Assembly (NCBI GenBank): GCA_001687465.1
Contig: LVLI01000256.1
Span: 1-64,000, forward strand
Direction of reading: 5' to 3'
DNA length: 64,000 nucleotides
Source: Halocafeteria seosinensis
Lineage: Eukaryota
Under the pieces are notes generated by a model. It was not told the DNA's origin and did no database searches. It saw nothing but the letters and a program-made list of their open reading frames with translations. Position 1 is the first letter of the stretch; each line of letters begins with the position of its first letter. Below, in pieces: positions 48,732-59,988 of the stretch. The translations under genes and the position numbers were made by a program.

Positions 48732-48887
48732 ACATGACATCCATATCTACTTGTGAACTTAAGCGGCTTTGTGAAGTTGTCCTTCGGTCTTCCTTTACGC
48801 TGCAGTATACGGCATTGTGGGTACCGCAATGTACATATTTTGTTAGATTTATTCATTCGGTAGTGGTAGCGGACCTTGCTCGGGAAG

Positions 48888-51800
48888 ATGGGCTTCATCC
48901 TTGCAATGCGCCGTATAAAGCCGCCAAAATGGCTCCCTCCACAGGTGCTCTTTCAACGCATGCAATGCTCTACTGAGGTCATTTCGTACACCCAGAGGCT
49001 CAAAAGTGTCTCTCCGAAGCAATGGGCAAAGTATCTTGGGATTTCTGTGGCTAGCGGGTCTCTGGTCTGGTTGTTTTGCCTGTCCAAAGACCCTCCCACC
49101 GTGGTGAAGATGGCCAAATTGGAGTTCTCGATGCTTACATCGTTGATTTTATATCGTACAAGGTTGGACCAGGCTCAGCAGGTGCATGGAATTCTCGGTT
49201 TTGTCCACAATTTGTCGTCAACCCCTCAAGGGCGACAGATTCTCATTAAGTCGAATTTGTGGAAGCATACTATCGAAGCCATGCAACATGAAGTTATTCA
49301 AGATGAGTACTTCCCGCAAGTGGTACGTACGGTCATTACACAACGGTTCATGGTGTTAGTTTTGGAACCGAGTATCTATCTTACAGATTTCCTGCCTTAA
49401 ATGTCTATGCGAAGATCCACTTACTGCGAAGGAGGCACTGGTGGTTCTTCCTGCTCGGGTATTACAAACAGTCTTAGAAAGTGATAGTGCAGAAGTAGAC
49501 ATAATTGTTTCCCGTCTGTCATCGTTTGTTTCTCAAAATTTATTTGCTAAACTAAAAGATTTGGATAGGGAAGAAGGCGACCCCAAGACAGGAGGGTCTG
49601 CTAAATGCCGTGCAGAGTTCCTATCGTGTCTGGTTGCTATCCCGGAAACAGATTGTGACGGTAAAGCCTTGTGCACCTGGGACTTCCAAACCCTACTGAC
49701 TGCTCTTATAGCAACAAACACGCCAGAGCGAGCGTCAATTATAACCGCTCTCATTCTGGATCGGGTGCTAGGATCGGGGTCGTGTACTTCTTCAGAATAT
49801 AAAGCCCTTTTGTCGATACTGGCTGAAAGCCCAGTGCGTTCAGTCTTCTCATCTGGCATCCAGGGTCGCGAAATCTTACTTGTGCATTGGACGGTTATAC
49901 AGCTTTTGAAAGAAATGCGAAAGTATTGCACAGAGGGTGACACCGATGAGGGGATGGTCAGGCTTGCCGAAGAGCTCGCTATAGTATCGCAACTAAGTAT
50001 GGAAGCTGCAAGACGAACTGTCACTAACCTCTCATTCGGCAGCACTGAGAGTTCAGAGAATATTGAGGTCTGTCGTGACACATTTGAATATCTTAGAAAC
50101 ATTATAAAGACGGATACGACCTCGGATGATTTATCTTGTACAGCGGTTTTGCACGCGTGCTTGGAACTGGTCAAGCTAGTTTCCCAGGACGATCTCAAAG
50201 AATATAAAGAGCAAATCTCCCCATGTCTCCGCTCCATGGTTGATACTGTGGAACAAGTTTCAATCACAGGGATCCATGACTCGTCAATGGAATTTACGAA
50301 GTTCGGTAACGCGCCAAGGCCTGCAAAGGCGGAAGAACCACTCGAGCAGACCATGACTGGTGCACCCCTAGACACAGAGTATTTCCAAGTTCAGAAGATG
50401 CTCAACGGTGCTACGGAAGCACCATTATGGGATGTTCTCCTGTTATTGGACAGTGCATTGAGCTCCGCAGGAATTCCTTTTGTACAGTACATGCTCAGCT
50501 CTTTAAGAAACACTATGGATAACATTCTAGATAAATTAAGGGGCCGTTCTAGGGAGATTACTCCGTTAGTTGCCCGGCTGGTCCAGTTGTGGGCTTGCCA
50601 TTGTTGCAATCGTTTACTGTCGCATAGCGATATACAGGTTATTGGTAACGAATGCATCAATCGACCGGGGGAAGCGGAGAGAGCAACCATTGTACAGGAG
50701 GCGATAAAGCGAAAAGTTTCCCTGATTGGGGCAGGCAGGACGGAGCGGAAAGGATCTTCTGCTGTAGCTCGAGTACCTGCATACTTTGACTTTACCCATA
50801 TACCAACAGTGCAAAAGATTGGTTTGGACTCATTGTGTGAGTTGTCTAAAGCATTGGTGTTTGCCTCGGATTCCGTCGATCATAACCTGCCTTGCTTCCA
50901 CATTGGCTTGCCGTCCTTGTCAAAAGCGGTCCTGAAGGAAATACTAGCTGCAGAAAATGAGGGATCACAAGAAGGGCTACAGGGAACTAGACGGGAGTAT
51001 GCGTCACATGCGAACATGAAGTTAATACGAAACTGTACTAGGATATTGGCCAATATGATGTATCATTGCACATCTCCTGGGGAATTGCAACTCTGGGAGT
51101 TAACAGAGTTCGAGGACTGGCATTCGATCCTGCAACAGACTCTTCAGGCCTCTGACCTTAAGACTGTCTGCCATAGCAGGCGGGCATCAATTAACTTAGC
51201 GCAATGTGCTCGCATGCTAGGATCTTCGACGGAGCTTGATGATGTACCGTTTTATGGTGACATGTTGTATCCTCTAGTTGATAATACACGAGGTGCCGAG
51301 CAAGGCGGCGGTGCAGTGGATCTAGTCTTTATTCATGGTTTGCAAGGTACCGCTTTGAAGACTTGGAGATGCCCAAAGCTGAAAGTACATGATCACATGT
51401 TAGGGCTGTGGAAGATGGTTCAGGAAAAAATTGACGAACAAAGGGATGAACAAGACGCTGAGGCGATTGTACAGTCACCGAGGGGTTCTGAAAATACTGA
51501 GAACGCTGAAGTCCTTCAACATTCTCATTGGAGTCACATTGCTTCAAAATTTGATCATCTGGCTAGAGGAGAAATTTGGAAACACGATGATGCTGAGCTC
51601 GTGGTCAATGGAAGGAAAATGCCCCTATGGCCCGTGTCTTGGCTTCCGTATGACTTACTGCAAAAGTATAACATCAGGTGCCGAATTCTTTGCATAGAAT
51701 ACGACGCAAGGTTATGGGAGGGCCACGTAAGTTGTACATAAGCAAAAGGAATTGACCTTGTATGGTTACACCCATCCGTTTGTGAATACAGGGTTATCGA

Positions 51801-52641
51801 CCAACTCTTTCAATGGAAAATGCTGCCGAGAGGGTAAAGGGTCAGCTGGAACATGCAAAAGTCGGATATAACGAGACACGACCAGTTATCTACATCACAC
51901 ATAGTATGGGTGGGTTGATAACGAAGGAGATGCTGACCGAAACACAGTTGGCACTGGACAATCGACAGCATACTGAGACCTCAGGTGCCATTTCCCACAC
52001 AGCAACGGCAAATCCACTACTGGACAACTGCGCTGGAGTAGTATTCATTTCTGTGCCACATCGAGGATCTCCCTTAGGTACGGTAGTTGCGGTATACAAT
52101 CCAAATGGAAAATATCCACCATTACTGCGTTTCATACTTTGCAGCGAATTACGTTCGTCATACCCAATGGCCCCTCATACGTTCGTATCTTTCGGTTACG
52201 GCACCTGTTCAACAGTTAGAGGAAAACAACCAGTTTTTGGCGCATTTGAACGACGCTTTTGTGGACGCTATGTCCAAGATACATGCTGACTGCCTTAGTA
52301 TCGCAGAAGGCGAGGCATCCAAAGTATCCGGTGCATTGCCGTCTATCCACATTGTCCCGCGAGCCAATGCGTACCCAGGGTAAGTTTATCCGGCTTCGCT
52401 TCCACGCCTCTCACATTGCTTACTCTTCTTACTCCCCTTCGCTGCAGAATCGGAAGAATTGTAGCAATTCCCAATGCAAACCATGTCACAGTATGCAAGC
52501 CCTCCTCAAGGGAAGATCCCAGGTAAGCGAGGCCATGCCATTCCGCAGGAATCGCCTGACAGGTTCAGCTAACTAATTCCCTACAGATACATTGAAATTC
52601 GTGATTTTATAGGGAAGCAAATCTCTTCTAGGAAAAATTGA
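48888..52641 (+). CDS. SERAC1-like alpha/beta hydrolase with helical N-terminal region
   Basis: DLVFIHGLQG, WLPYDL, RILCIEYD, THSMGGLITK, VFISVPHRGS, NHVTVCKP; N-terminal TM segment. Confidence 0.85.
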
Positions 52642-52665
52642 TTATACCACAACATTAACATTATT

Positions 52666-53862
52666 TTAGAACTCAGCAGGAGGTCCGAAGTAGCCATTCT
52701 TAAACAGATATAACAGTAGAGCCGCGATAAGTATAATGATGAGAGAATCAGAAACCGTCGGCTGATACAGAGTTTTATCGAGCAAGGCTGACCATCCTCC
52801 GTGCTCGTAGAAAGCAAGCGCTCGCAGGCTGACTGGGCCGAGATCTTCGATCCGTGATTCAGGCAGAGTCTTGGCTTCTTCTACCAAGTTGGAAAAATCT
52901 TCCACATTATTCACTATCCGCCCCGCCTTCTGTTTGTCTTCTTGGAGTTTCGCCAAAAAGCAATAGAGGATCTTTAACCGTAGCAGAGGGTCGGTGCTCT
53001 GGAAGCAGTAGTTCCGTGTCTCAGAAGGGAGAGAAAAAGCTGCCATTCCAAACAACGACATGCTAGTCGGTTGAACTGGAGGATTCCCCAACTGTCTTGT
53101 TATCCTAAAAGCATTATGAGGCCCTATCTTATTCCGCAGATCTTCAAAGGTACTCCGGATCGTATCGCTCAATTTCTTTGCGAGTTGTAGTGGCGGCATG
53201 CTATTTTGGGTATCGGCTTCTTGGGGCACGTGGTCATCTTCGAAAGTGAGAACCCTGGCGACATGTAATCCTTGGGTGTCCGCTTCTTCTCGAAGAGATC
53301 CTTCTTCAACATTGTAACGATGAGTTATTTTTCCAGCAATGACGTAATCCCCACCAACACCTTCTTCTACATGCTCCAAGGAGGCAATGACACCTTGTGT
53401 GCTTTCAGGTGATTTTTGTATTCCAAAAACTCTTGTGTGAAGGGCAACTCTTTGGACGAGGGTCTTGTATCGAGGTTCAAACATTCGAAGTCCGAACGGT
53501 TGTCCCGGGAAATAGAACCCATCTGTCTCCTTGTCAAAGAATAGCGGAACTGTCTTAGTGTTATTTTCCTTCTCCTCTTCTTGCACTTCCTTCCGTCTTT
53601 CCTCGAGTTCCTCCTGGAAGTGGGTTTGGACCAACTGAGAGATGGCGTAGGTTACCGGGAGCTCATTCGGCTCCACAAAGTAGACATTTCTACAGATAGG
53701 GCAGGCCGAGCTCACTTCGAACGATCGCTTCAAACATACTCTACAAAATGAATGTCCACAAGGTAATGAAACACAGTCCAAAAAGACCTTTAAACAGAGA
53801 GGACATTCCAATGACTCCCGCAAGGAATCTTCTCCCTGGTTATTGCTGTCTGAGGCGCTCAT
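52666..53862 (-). CDS. RING + LON substrate-binding domain protein (LONRF-like), intronless, C-terminal TM
   Basis: C3HC4 RING CPLC...PCGHSFCRVC...CPICR; FPGQPFGLRMFEPRY. Confidence 0.9.
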   Translation of the reverse strand: MSASDSNNQGEDSLRESLECPLCLKVFLDCVSLPCGHSFCRVCLKRSFEVSSACPICRNVYFVEPNELPVTYAISQLVQTHFQEELEERRKEVQEEEKENNTKTVPLFFDKETDGFYFPGQPFGLRMFEPRYKTLVQRVALHTRVFGIQKSPESTQGVIASLEHVEEGVGGDYVIAGKITHRYNVEEGSLREEADTQGLHVARVLTFEDDHVPQEADTQNSMPPLQLAKKLSDTIRSTFEDLRNKIGPHNAFRITRQLGNPPVQPTSMSLFGMAAFSLPSETRNYCFQSTDPLLRLKILYCFLAKLQEDKQKAGRIVNNVEDFSNLVEEAKTLPESRIEDLGPVSLRALAFYEHGGWSALLDKTLYQPTVSDSLIIILIAALLLYLFKNGYFGPPAEF

Positions 53863-54127
53863 TTTCTCTATCTTCTTTTACAAGTACAGTGTCTGCTAGA
53901 TATTATCTACCTTGCGTACAATTGCGTACTAAATGGGGCTCAGTCTGCTCAGAATGCACCTGCAGAGGAGAGAGCAATCTTTTCGGCGACTCTGGAAAGA
54001 CTTCGAGACATTGCCGGCTGAAGACGTTTCGCGACAAAGCCCAACACACACAGTCCTCATGCTAAAGCAACTATGATGGGGAAAATTTTATTTTCACACT
54101 GTATATTTTGTTTAAACTGGAAGTCGT

Positions 54128-55475
54128 TTATACCAGAGGTAAGGTTACTTCATCAAGCGGATAGAGAGACTCTGGTCTAACGTGAGCCGCTTCATTCAAT
54201 ATTTCAGAAGCACTTAGATTTTGCGCTGTGTTGGCGGCTTCTACCAGCACGCTAGTATCTTCAATAGAAGGCGAACCACTTTCATTAAATAGTTGTTTCG
54301 TCATCTTACATAATGTATACACGAAAGCATAGACAATCCGTAGACGCTCCACAGGATCCACTAGTTCAGCACATCGGTATTTCAAGTGGACAGGAAAATT
54401 CAACGCACCGACAGCAAAAAAAGAAAACTGTTCAGGTGATGATGGCAAATGTCCGTTTACATGAAAAAAACTGACTGATCTTCGCATGTCCATCTTGTCT
54501 ATGGAATCTTTAAACTTCCGGTGCAGTATATCGAATAACTGCTCTCCAAAACCTTCGCCCCGGTCAGTGTTGGAAGGAGACTCTAGCGGAACGTCATCGA
54601 AGACTGTTGCGTTTCCAGTGTGCAAGGAGTATGTGTCTGCTTCAACCCTTACGGACGTTGTATCGAGATAGTAGCGAGATTTGACAGTGCATAAAACAAT
54701 CATGTCACCGCCCGGACGTCGTGAAACGTCTTGCAACTGGACTAACGCGCCAAGGCTCACTTCAGCACTCTCCTGCAATCCGAAAAGCTTGTCGGTTTGC
54801 ATAATGCGTTCCACCATTAATAGATACCTAGGCTCAAAAACTCGTAACCTAATGGACTGCCCGGGAACGAATAAATCACCAGATATAAAGAAGAGAGGTA
54901 TTCGATGACTCTCTCCATGAGTATTGTCTCGTTCGATCTCCTGTTTTCTGTTTGTAACTTCTTTGGGAAACAGTTTTCTAACTGTATGATCCAGTGAGTA
55001 GGAAAGTGGAAGGGACGCCACGCTCGTAAAACATTCGTGCCGACACAGAGGACAACACATTTTATGGTCAAACGACCTGCAATCCATTCAGCAAATCGTA
55101 ACCTAGATAATTTCTTACAAATTGCATTGTATTTTTTGCTTACTTTATTAAGCAATGGTGACAAAAGGAGTGCCCGCACGGGAGAGTGCGCGGATTTAAA
55201 AAGATTCTCAAGCAAAGTGGGCACTCAAGTGACTCGCGGGCCGCAGCAAGTATGGAATAGACACTATCAAAGTTGACAACAGTTTCTCTCGACTTTTCTT
55301 TTGGTTCTAACCTTCCGTGGGTATTTCCTGTTTGGTCCGTATAGCCGTGGCAATCTTGTTCCCTTGACGCCTCCGAACTACTCAGGCCTTCTTCACAGTG
55401 ATCCCTGGATTCGGTGTTTGTTTGCTCACTTCCAGGAGTGGGTCTCATCGTTCCCGACATCTGATTTTCCTTCAT
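54128..55475 (-). CDS. RING + LON substrate-binding domain protein (LONRF-like paralog), one intron
   Basis: CPLC...PCGHSFCHHCLI|KSF...CPLCR; VPGQSIRLRVFEPRYLLM. Confidence 0.9.
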
Positions 55476-56284
55476 TCGACACGGTAGTTTAAGTGCGTTG
55501 TCACTTCTGTCTTCTAAGATGTCCTTTCTGGGCTCAACTCGCCACGTAAGCCTTTCGGAGGTAGGAGGCTGCGGTTAAACACCAACCCTTCTTTCTATCC
55601 AAAGTTCCCAGTTTTCCAAGAATACTGTGTCAAATGACAAGCAGCTTGCTTTCGACGACGAATTAAATCGGTTTTCGTGACGACGTCGACAGTAATCAAA
55701 GCGCATGTCACATTTAGTCTATAGTCTCGACGAACGGACTGCGTTGTACGTATTTGGCGCTTGAGGGACCACGTCACACACCCCACCAGCAGATGCACTG
55801 CAGTTAGCACGGGCGGTGATGGCCTCCGTGATATACACCGCTGCGGGCAGCATGCGTGCACTCTAACAATTAAAAGGGATTCGGGGAATCACTGAAACGG
55901 AGGAAAGGAAATGGAAGCACTAGGTAATTGAACGTGAGTGAAACTTCCATGTTTTCGGAAACGACGGAGCTCTTTGGAGCTGTATCACCATTCATAACCG
56001 CTTCCAACTAAAACTGACCAATCAACGGGCGTAGTGCTGAAGTAAGACACCAGTGGCTGACACCTTATGATGCAAGTAAGTCAATTACATAATTCGTCCG
56101 TTCTGCCAACTACATGTATGAGCAGCAGCTGCGGCCACATACGTGAGCCACATGGGAGTGATTAGGTTACCAGGTTGGATGGTTGACTAAGTTACCAGTT
56201 GGCTGGTCGACTAATCGCAATGAACCGCTGGCAAAGTTCAGGTTTGCGTCAATGCTTTGAAGTCCCTCGTTTGCGCTGCCTCTC

Positions 56285-56396
56285 CTGGTGGACCGTCGCT
56301 GCCAGACACGGGCGCTAGTTGCTACCTACCGGTAGGTGTAGCGGCTCACATCCAACTGCCGGTGGGCCATCAGTCACATTTTCGTCGTCGTCGCAG
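56285..56396 (+). repeat. Diverged copy of the terminal unit
   Basis: Shares CCGTCGCTGC, ACACGGGCGCT, GCCGGTGGGC and GTCACATTT in the same order and similar spacing as 56653-56745. Confidence 0.7.
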
Positions 56397-56652
56397 GAAC
56401 TGAGGAACTGAGCACATTGTAGGAAGAGTGTCCTAGAAGCTTGTCACGCCCGTCCGTATTGACGAAAAGTTTATTTCTTCAGATGAAGTCTGATGGACTA
56501 ACGCATCATAGTCCTAGACTGGAAGATACACGTATATAGGCACACAAAGCCGCAATTTTCAAACGCGGACGATAGACCCATTTTGAATTTCTCGCCTACC
56601 ACCATGAGCTTCACTGAGTGTTCCATCGATTCCACTTCCTCAACGTCATGAA

Positions 56653-56753
56653 CAGCGGGCCCGTCGCTGCTTAACACGGGCGCTTACCGCTCCTCGTTAA
56701 GAGGATGTGGTCAACTTCCCGGCCGGTGGGCTATCTGTCACATTTGTGTGTGT
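56653..56753 (+). repeat. Terminal inverted repeat unit, left copy
   Basis: Inverted match to 59560-59640; 56719-56753 is a perfect 35-bp inverted match to 59360-59394. Confidence 0.9.
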
Positions 56754-56888
56754 ACGTCTTGTTTGTTTGCTAAATGAATGTGATGCAAAATGGTGAAAAG
56801 AGCTCCTGTACTATCCCCATCCTGAGGCATGGCATTCTCATCGCATGCGAAGACATGAAGTGATCCCTCATCTTACGCTTGTTTCGCA

Positions 56889-56928
56889 GCCGGTGGACCG
56901 TTAGTCACACATTCGTCGTCGTTCGCAG
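56889..56928 (+). repeat. Partial copy of the terminal unit (inner part)
   Basis: GCCGGTGGACCGTTAGTCACACATTCGTCGTCGTTCGCAG resembles 56358-56396. Confidence 0.7.
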
Positions 56929-57403
56929 TCAATTCTTGCATATCTTTCCTTACATTCCTTCTTCATTGATCTCACTGTGACTTAGTGCTTTCAGAGTTGC
57001 ACTATATATGGTAGAATGCCATCAAATACTGATAGTAGTATCATCAATTGAATAAATCCTACCTGGTACAGCATGCTGTGTGAATGAGTCACATTGAAAG
57101 CACCAGGCTCTCGCTAGGAACATGCGGAACTTTCTGAAACTGATTACGACCAAGTCGTGTATAACGTTGATGAGCCACATTTTGAGGTTGGTGCATCGAT
57201 TTCGGGAGCGTTCACTATTCACGGTCTAGCGCACCAGGCAGAGTTTTTCCAGTGCGAGAAATGGTACAATGTAATACACACGATGAGAGTTTATACTTGT
57301 TCCTTTCATTGTAATCAAACAACCGATATTTCATATTGTGGTGGATGTCTTGGAAGTGCAATCGTTGACAACAGTGTGGAGACAAATGCAATGTTTACGA
57401 AAA

Positions 57404-57834
57404 TTAGTCCGGCGATGCAAACCATGGTAGAACTAGCGATATAGAGAGCGTCAAGAAGCTGCAAGTAGCCACGCGCACATCAGTCCCAGATGTATAATCG
57501 TCATCATCATAACCACATGGATCTGTCGAGCAATAAGAACCACAGTCATACGGATAGCAATACCCATCCGATCCGCAGCAATTGTCACCATCGGGGCAGC
57601 AATGGATGTCGTCGGGGCACAACCAGTAGTTCAGCGGGCATGACTCCACCGAGTTCATTTTCTGAAATTGTTCGGCATACCTGTCAGTACGCCGTTGGAA
57701 GTACAGACGCGAGAGGTCCAGCAATAGGTATACTGTTCGACTGATGCTTACTTGTTGCTTGCCTCCACTGTGGCGATGAGGAGTACAAAAGCCAGAGCGA
57801 CTATACTCACGGTTGCAGCTCCAGAGACTTTCAT
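57404..57834 (-). CDS. Small secreted cysteine-rich (granulin-like pattern) protein, possible GPI anchor
   Basis: Exon 1 57834-57752 encodes signal peptide MKVSGAATVSIVALAFVLLIATVEA; 71-nt GT-AG intron 57751-57681; exon 2 has 10 Cys (C-C-CC-CC-C-C-C-C) and a hydrophobic C-terminus; 119 aa. Confidence 0.7.
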
Positions 57835-58227
57835 TGGACTGCATGGAGAAGACTTAATCCCACTGTATGCATTGCGATGCCCGGCGTCATACAAGATATC
57901 TCAACACAAAATTACGAACATTAAGGCCGTATATCTGTATTCACCGCCACCTACCTCAAGTTTTCAGTTCGCTTTCGTGATACTGGTGGATCTCTTTTTG
58001 AAGACCGTTTCCAAATTCGCCAACAAATCATGGATACACTGCAGTCTGCTAATGCACACGCTGTAGAATGAATCACACACATACGTGAATTTTCTGTTCT
58101 TCTTTCTCGTTCTTGTCGCCCCGAGTGGGCCTCTGCGGCAACACCCTTTCTGTTTTTGCCCCAACGGTGTCCCCCTTCCGGCAACGTTGCTTGAGTCGGG
58201 CGGTGCTGTCCCATCCCAGGGGTGGAA

Positions 58228-58540
58228 CCCATGAAGGCAGCGGAGGCATACCCGGCGTGCACCATCACGGCATACCTAGACGACATAGTCATTCAGGGAG
58301 TGCCGGCGGAAGCACGCGCAGCATTCAACCTGCTTCAGGAAGAACTGCAGCTGGACTGAAAACCAACCGGGAGAAGACGCAGGTCCTGGTCGCAGACGAC
58401 CTAGACATACACGAAGACGAATGGAGCCATATCATCCCACCGCAAAACATAGCACGACCATTGGACGGCACACCGGCAGAATCTCTGCTTGAACAGCTGC
58501 AGAGCTCCCTTTGGCAATGGAAGCCGAGCATTTTTTCAAT
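58228..58540 (+). pseudogene. Non-LTR retrotransposon reverse transcriptase fragment
   Basis: TITAYLDDIVIQG (YLDD at 58273-58284), AFNLLQEEL, then frameshifted GLKTNREKTQVLV. Confidence 0.8.
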
Positions 58541-58677
58541 GCCGTCGTCACATGCAAACGTCAAGAAGAGAAGTCGTAAGGTGGGCGAGGCGGCTTAAAC
58601 ACACAGAAGGAAATGAACAGCCGCACGTTGAGAAGGATGCAGAAGTTCGTGAGGATGACACTCAGACTGAGGCAGCG

Positions 58678-59560
58678 TCCCCTGTTATATCGTTACCCTG
58701 CTTTGCACATTCATTAAGTGTTTTCTCTCATTCGTTCTCTAGAAATGTGATTGAGAAATCCTGCCGTCTGAAACACTTTCTTCAAGCATCGCCTGCACTT
58801 AAACGACGTCTTTCGGACTATACACAGGACCGCGGAATCACGCGAAGTTTAACTGCCTACTGTGCAACGCCCGTTGAAGGAATTGGCAGAGAGCCGAGAA
58901 AGCCGGAATCGAATTGCAGACGTGATTAATATCATTGAGGGCTCACGGTTTTGGGTCGATATAGGACAGTCCTTAACGCTACGAAACCGATAGCTGAGTC
59001 CATTGAGCGTCTCGAGCGCTCCCAGGCGAATTTGGCAGACTGCGCCATCGAGTTTCTGCGTATTGGCAGGAGGCTTGAACGGGATCGCGGAAAATTTGCA
59101 AGTCATGGGAACTTCTTGTCGCATATCAGGAAATCCTACAACTGCAGATACCGCCAGGTTTTTACTAAGTACCACACATTGGCGCTGTGCTTACATTCTG
59201 TAGGTAAACAGACACTAACCCGTACACAAACAAATATCGGCTGCTCTGTACACCTTCCGAAAGGTTATGAGGAAGTGGGATGGGGGGACGTGGACGGGAT
59301 AGCAGTGGAACTGGAGAACTACATCCGCATGAGTGAAATGCCAGTGGACGACACAATCCACACACACAAATGTGACAGATAGCCCACCGGCCGGAATCCA
59401 ACAATGCGGAAGAAACAGACGGTGAAGACAGTGATGATAGCTTGGGAATTGGAGAAGCAGGCTGATTAATTGGAGAAAGATACCATGGTATCGACCTGGA
59501 TCGTATGGGAGACTTCGGTCTTGCAGACATGCCAGTGGTTATCGATGATGGAGCAGACAC
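58678..59560 (+). pseudogene. Fragmented hAT transposase
   Basis: LPCFAHSL (CxxH motif); LERSQANLADCAIEFLRIG and LALCLHS align with LEDRRATLADCQIELIRMG and AALSLHP of ORF 628; acidic tail remnant. Confidence 0.8.
59360..59394 (-). repeat. Internal partial copy of the terminal unit
   Basis: Exact reverse complement of 56719-56753. Confidence 0.95.
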
Positions 59561-59640
59561 ACACACACATATATGTGACAGGTAGCCCACCGGCCGGGGA
59601 CTTGACCGCAACCTCTTAACGAGGAGCGAGGGGTCCGCTG
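59560..59640 (-). repeat. Terminal inverted repeat unit, right copy
   Basis: Reverse complement CAGCGGACCCCTCGCTCCTCGTTAAGAGGTTGCGGTCAAGTCCCCGGCCGGTGGGCTACCTGTCACAT matches the 56653 copy apart from substitutions and an internal deletion between two CGCT repeats. Confidence 0.88.
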
Positions 59641-59988
59641 TTCCAGAAGCAGAAGATAGCTCACTCAGAGAAGTTGTATAGCTATGATAATTTCCACATG
59701 TCTCATTCGCTTTTTTCACTGTCATCTGATGGTGGTGAAATACTGTACTTGCGGCACAGCCTTCGGAAATACTAATACACACTGGACCTGATGAGTCGTT
59801 ATAGAATACGCCAATACAGTAGTCACATTTTCTTTAAAACATGTAGTCACGTTTGTTTGCAAGGCGTATTGTTTTTGTACCTGTATATTGAAGAAAAAAT
59901 TCGAAAGGACAAGACAAGGCAAGACAACACAGCGTGTATAGAGCGCCTATTTGGAGGACCTGTATAGGACCCCTGCCTACTCAACACG

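Larger units (their letters stand above)
56653..59640. mobile_element. hAT-related composite element bounded by long inverted termini
   Basis: CAGCGG...CCGCTG ends with ~90-bp inverted similarity; encloses hAT transposase fragments; flanking 8-mers GTCATGAA/TTCCAGAA match at only 5/8. Confidence 0.6.

Noticed and set aside
56285..59640. CRISPR-like array of repeated units
   Set aside because: Copies are irregularly spaced, in both orientations, and tied to transposon ends; no cas genes, and the context is eukaryotic
59788..59820. Hammerhead ribozyme core (CTGATGAG)
   Set aside because: No correctly placed GAAA and no stems I/III
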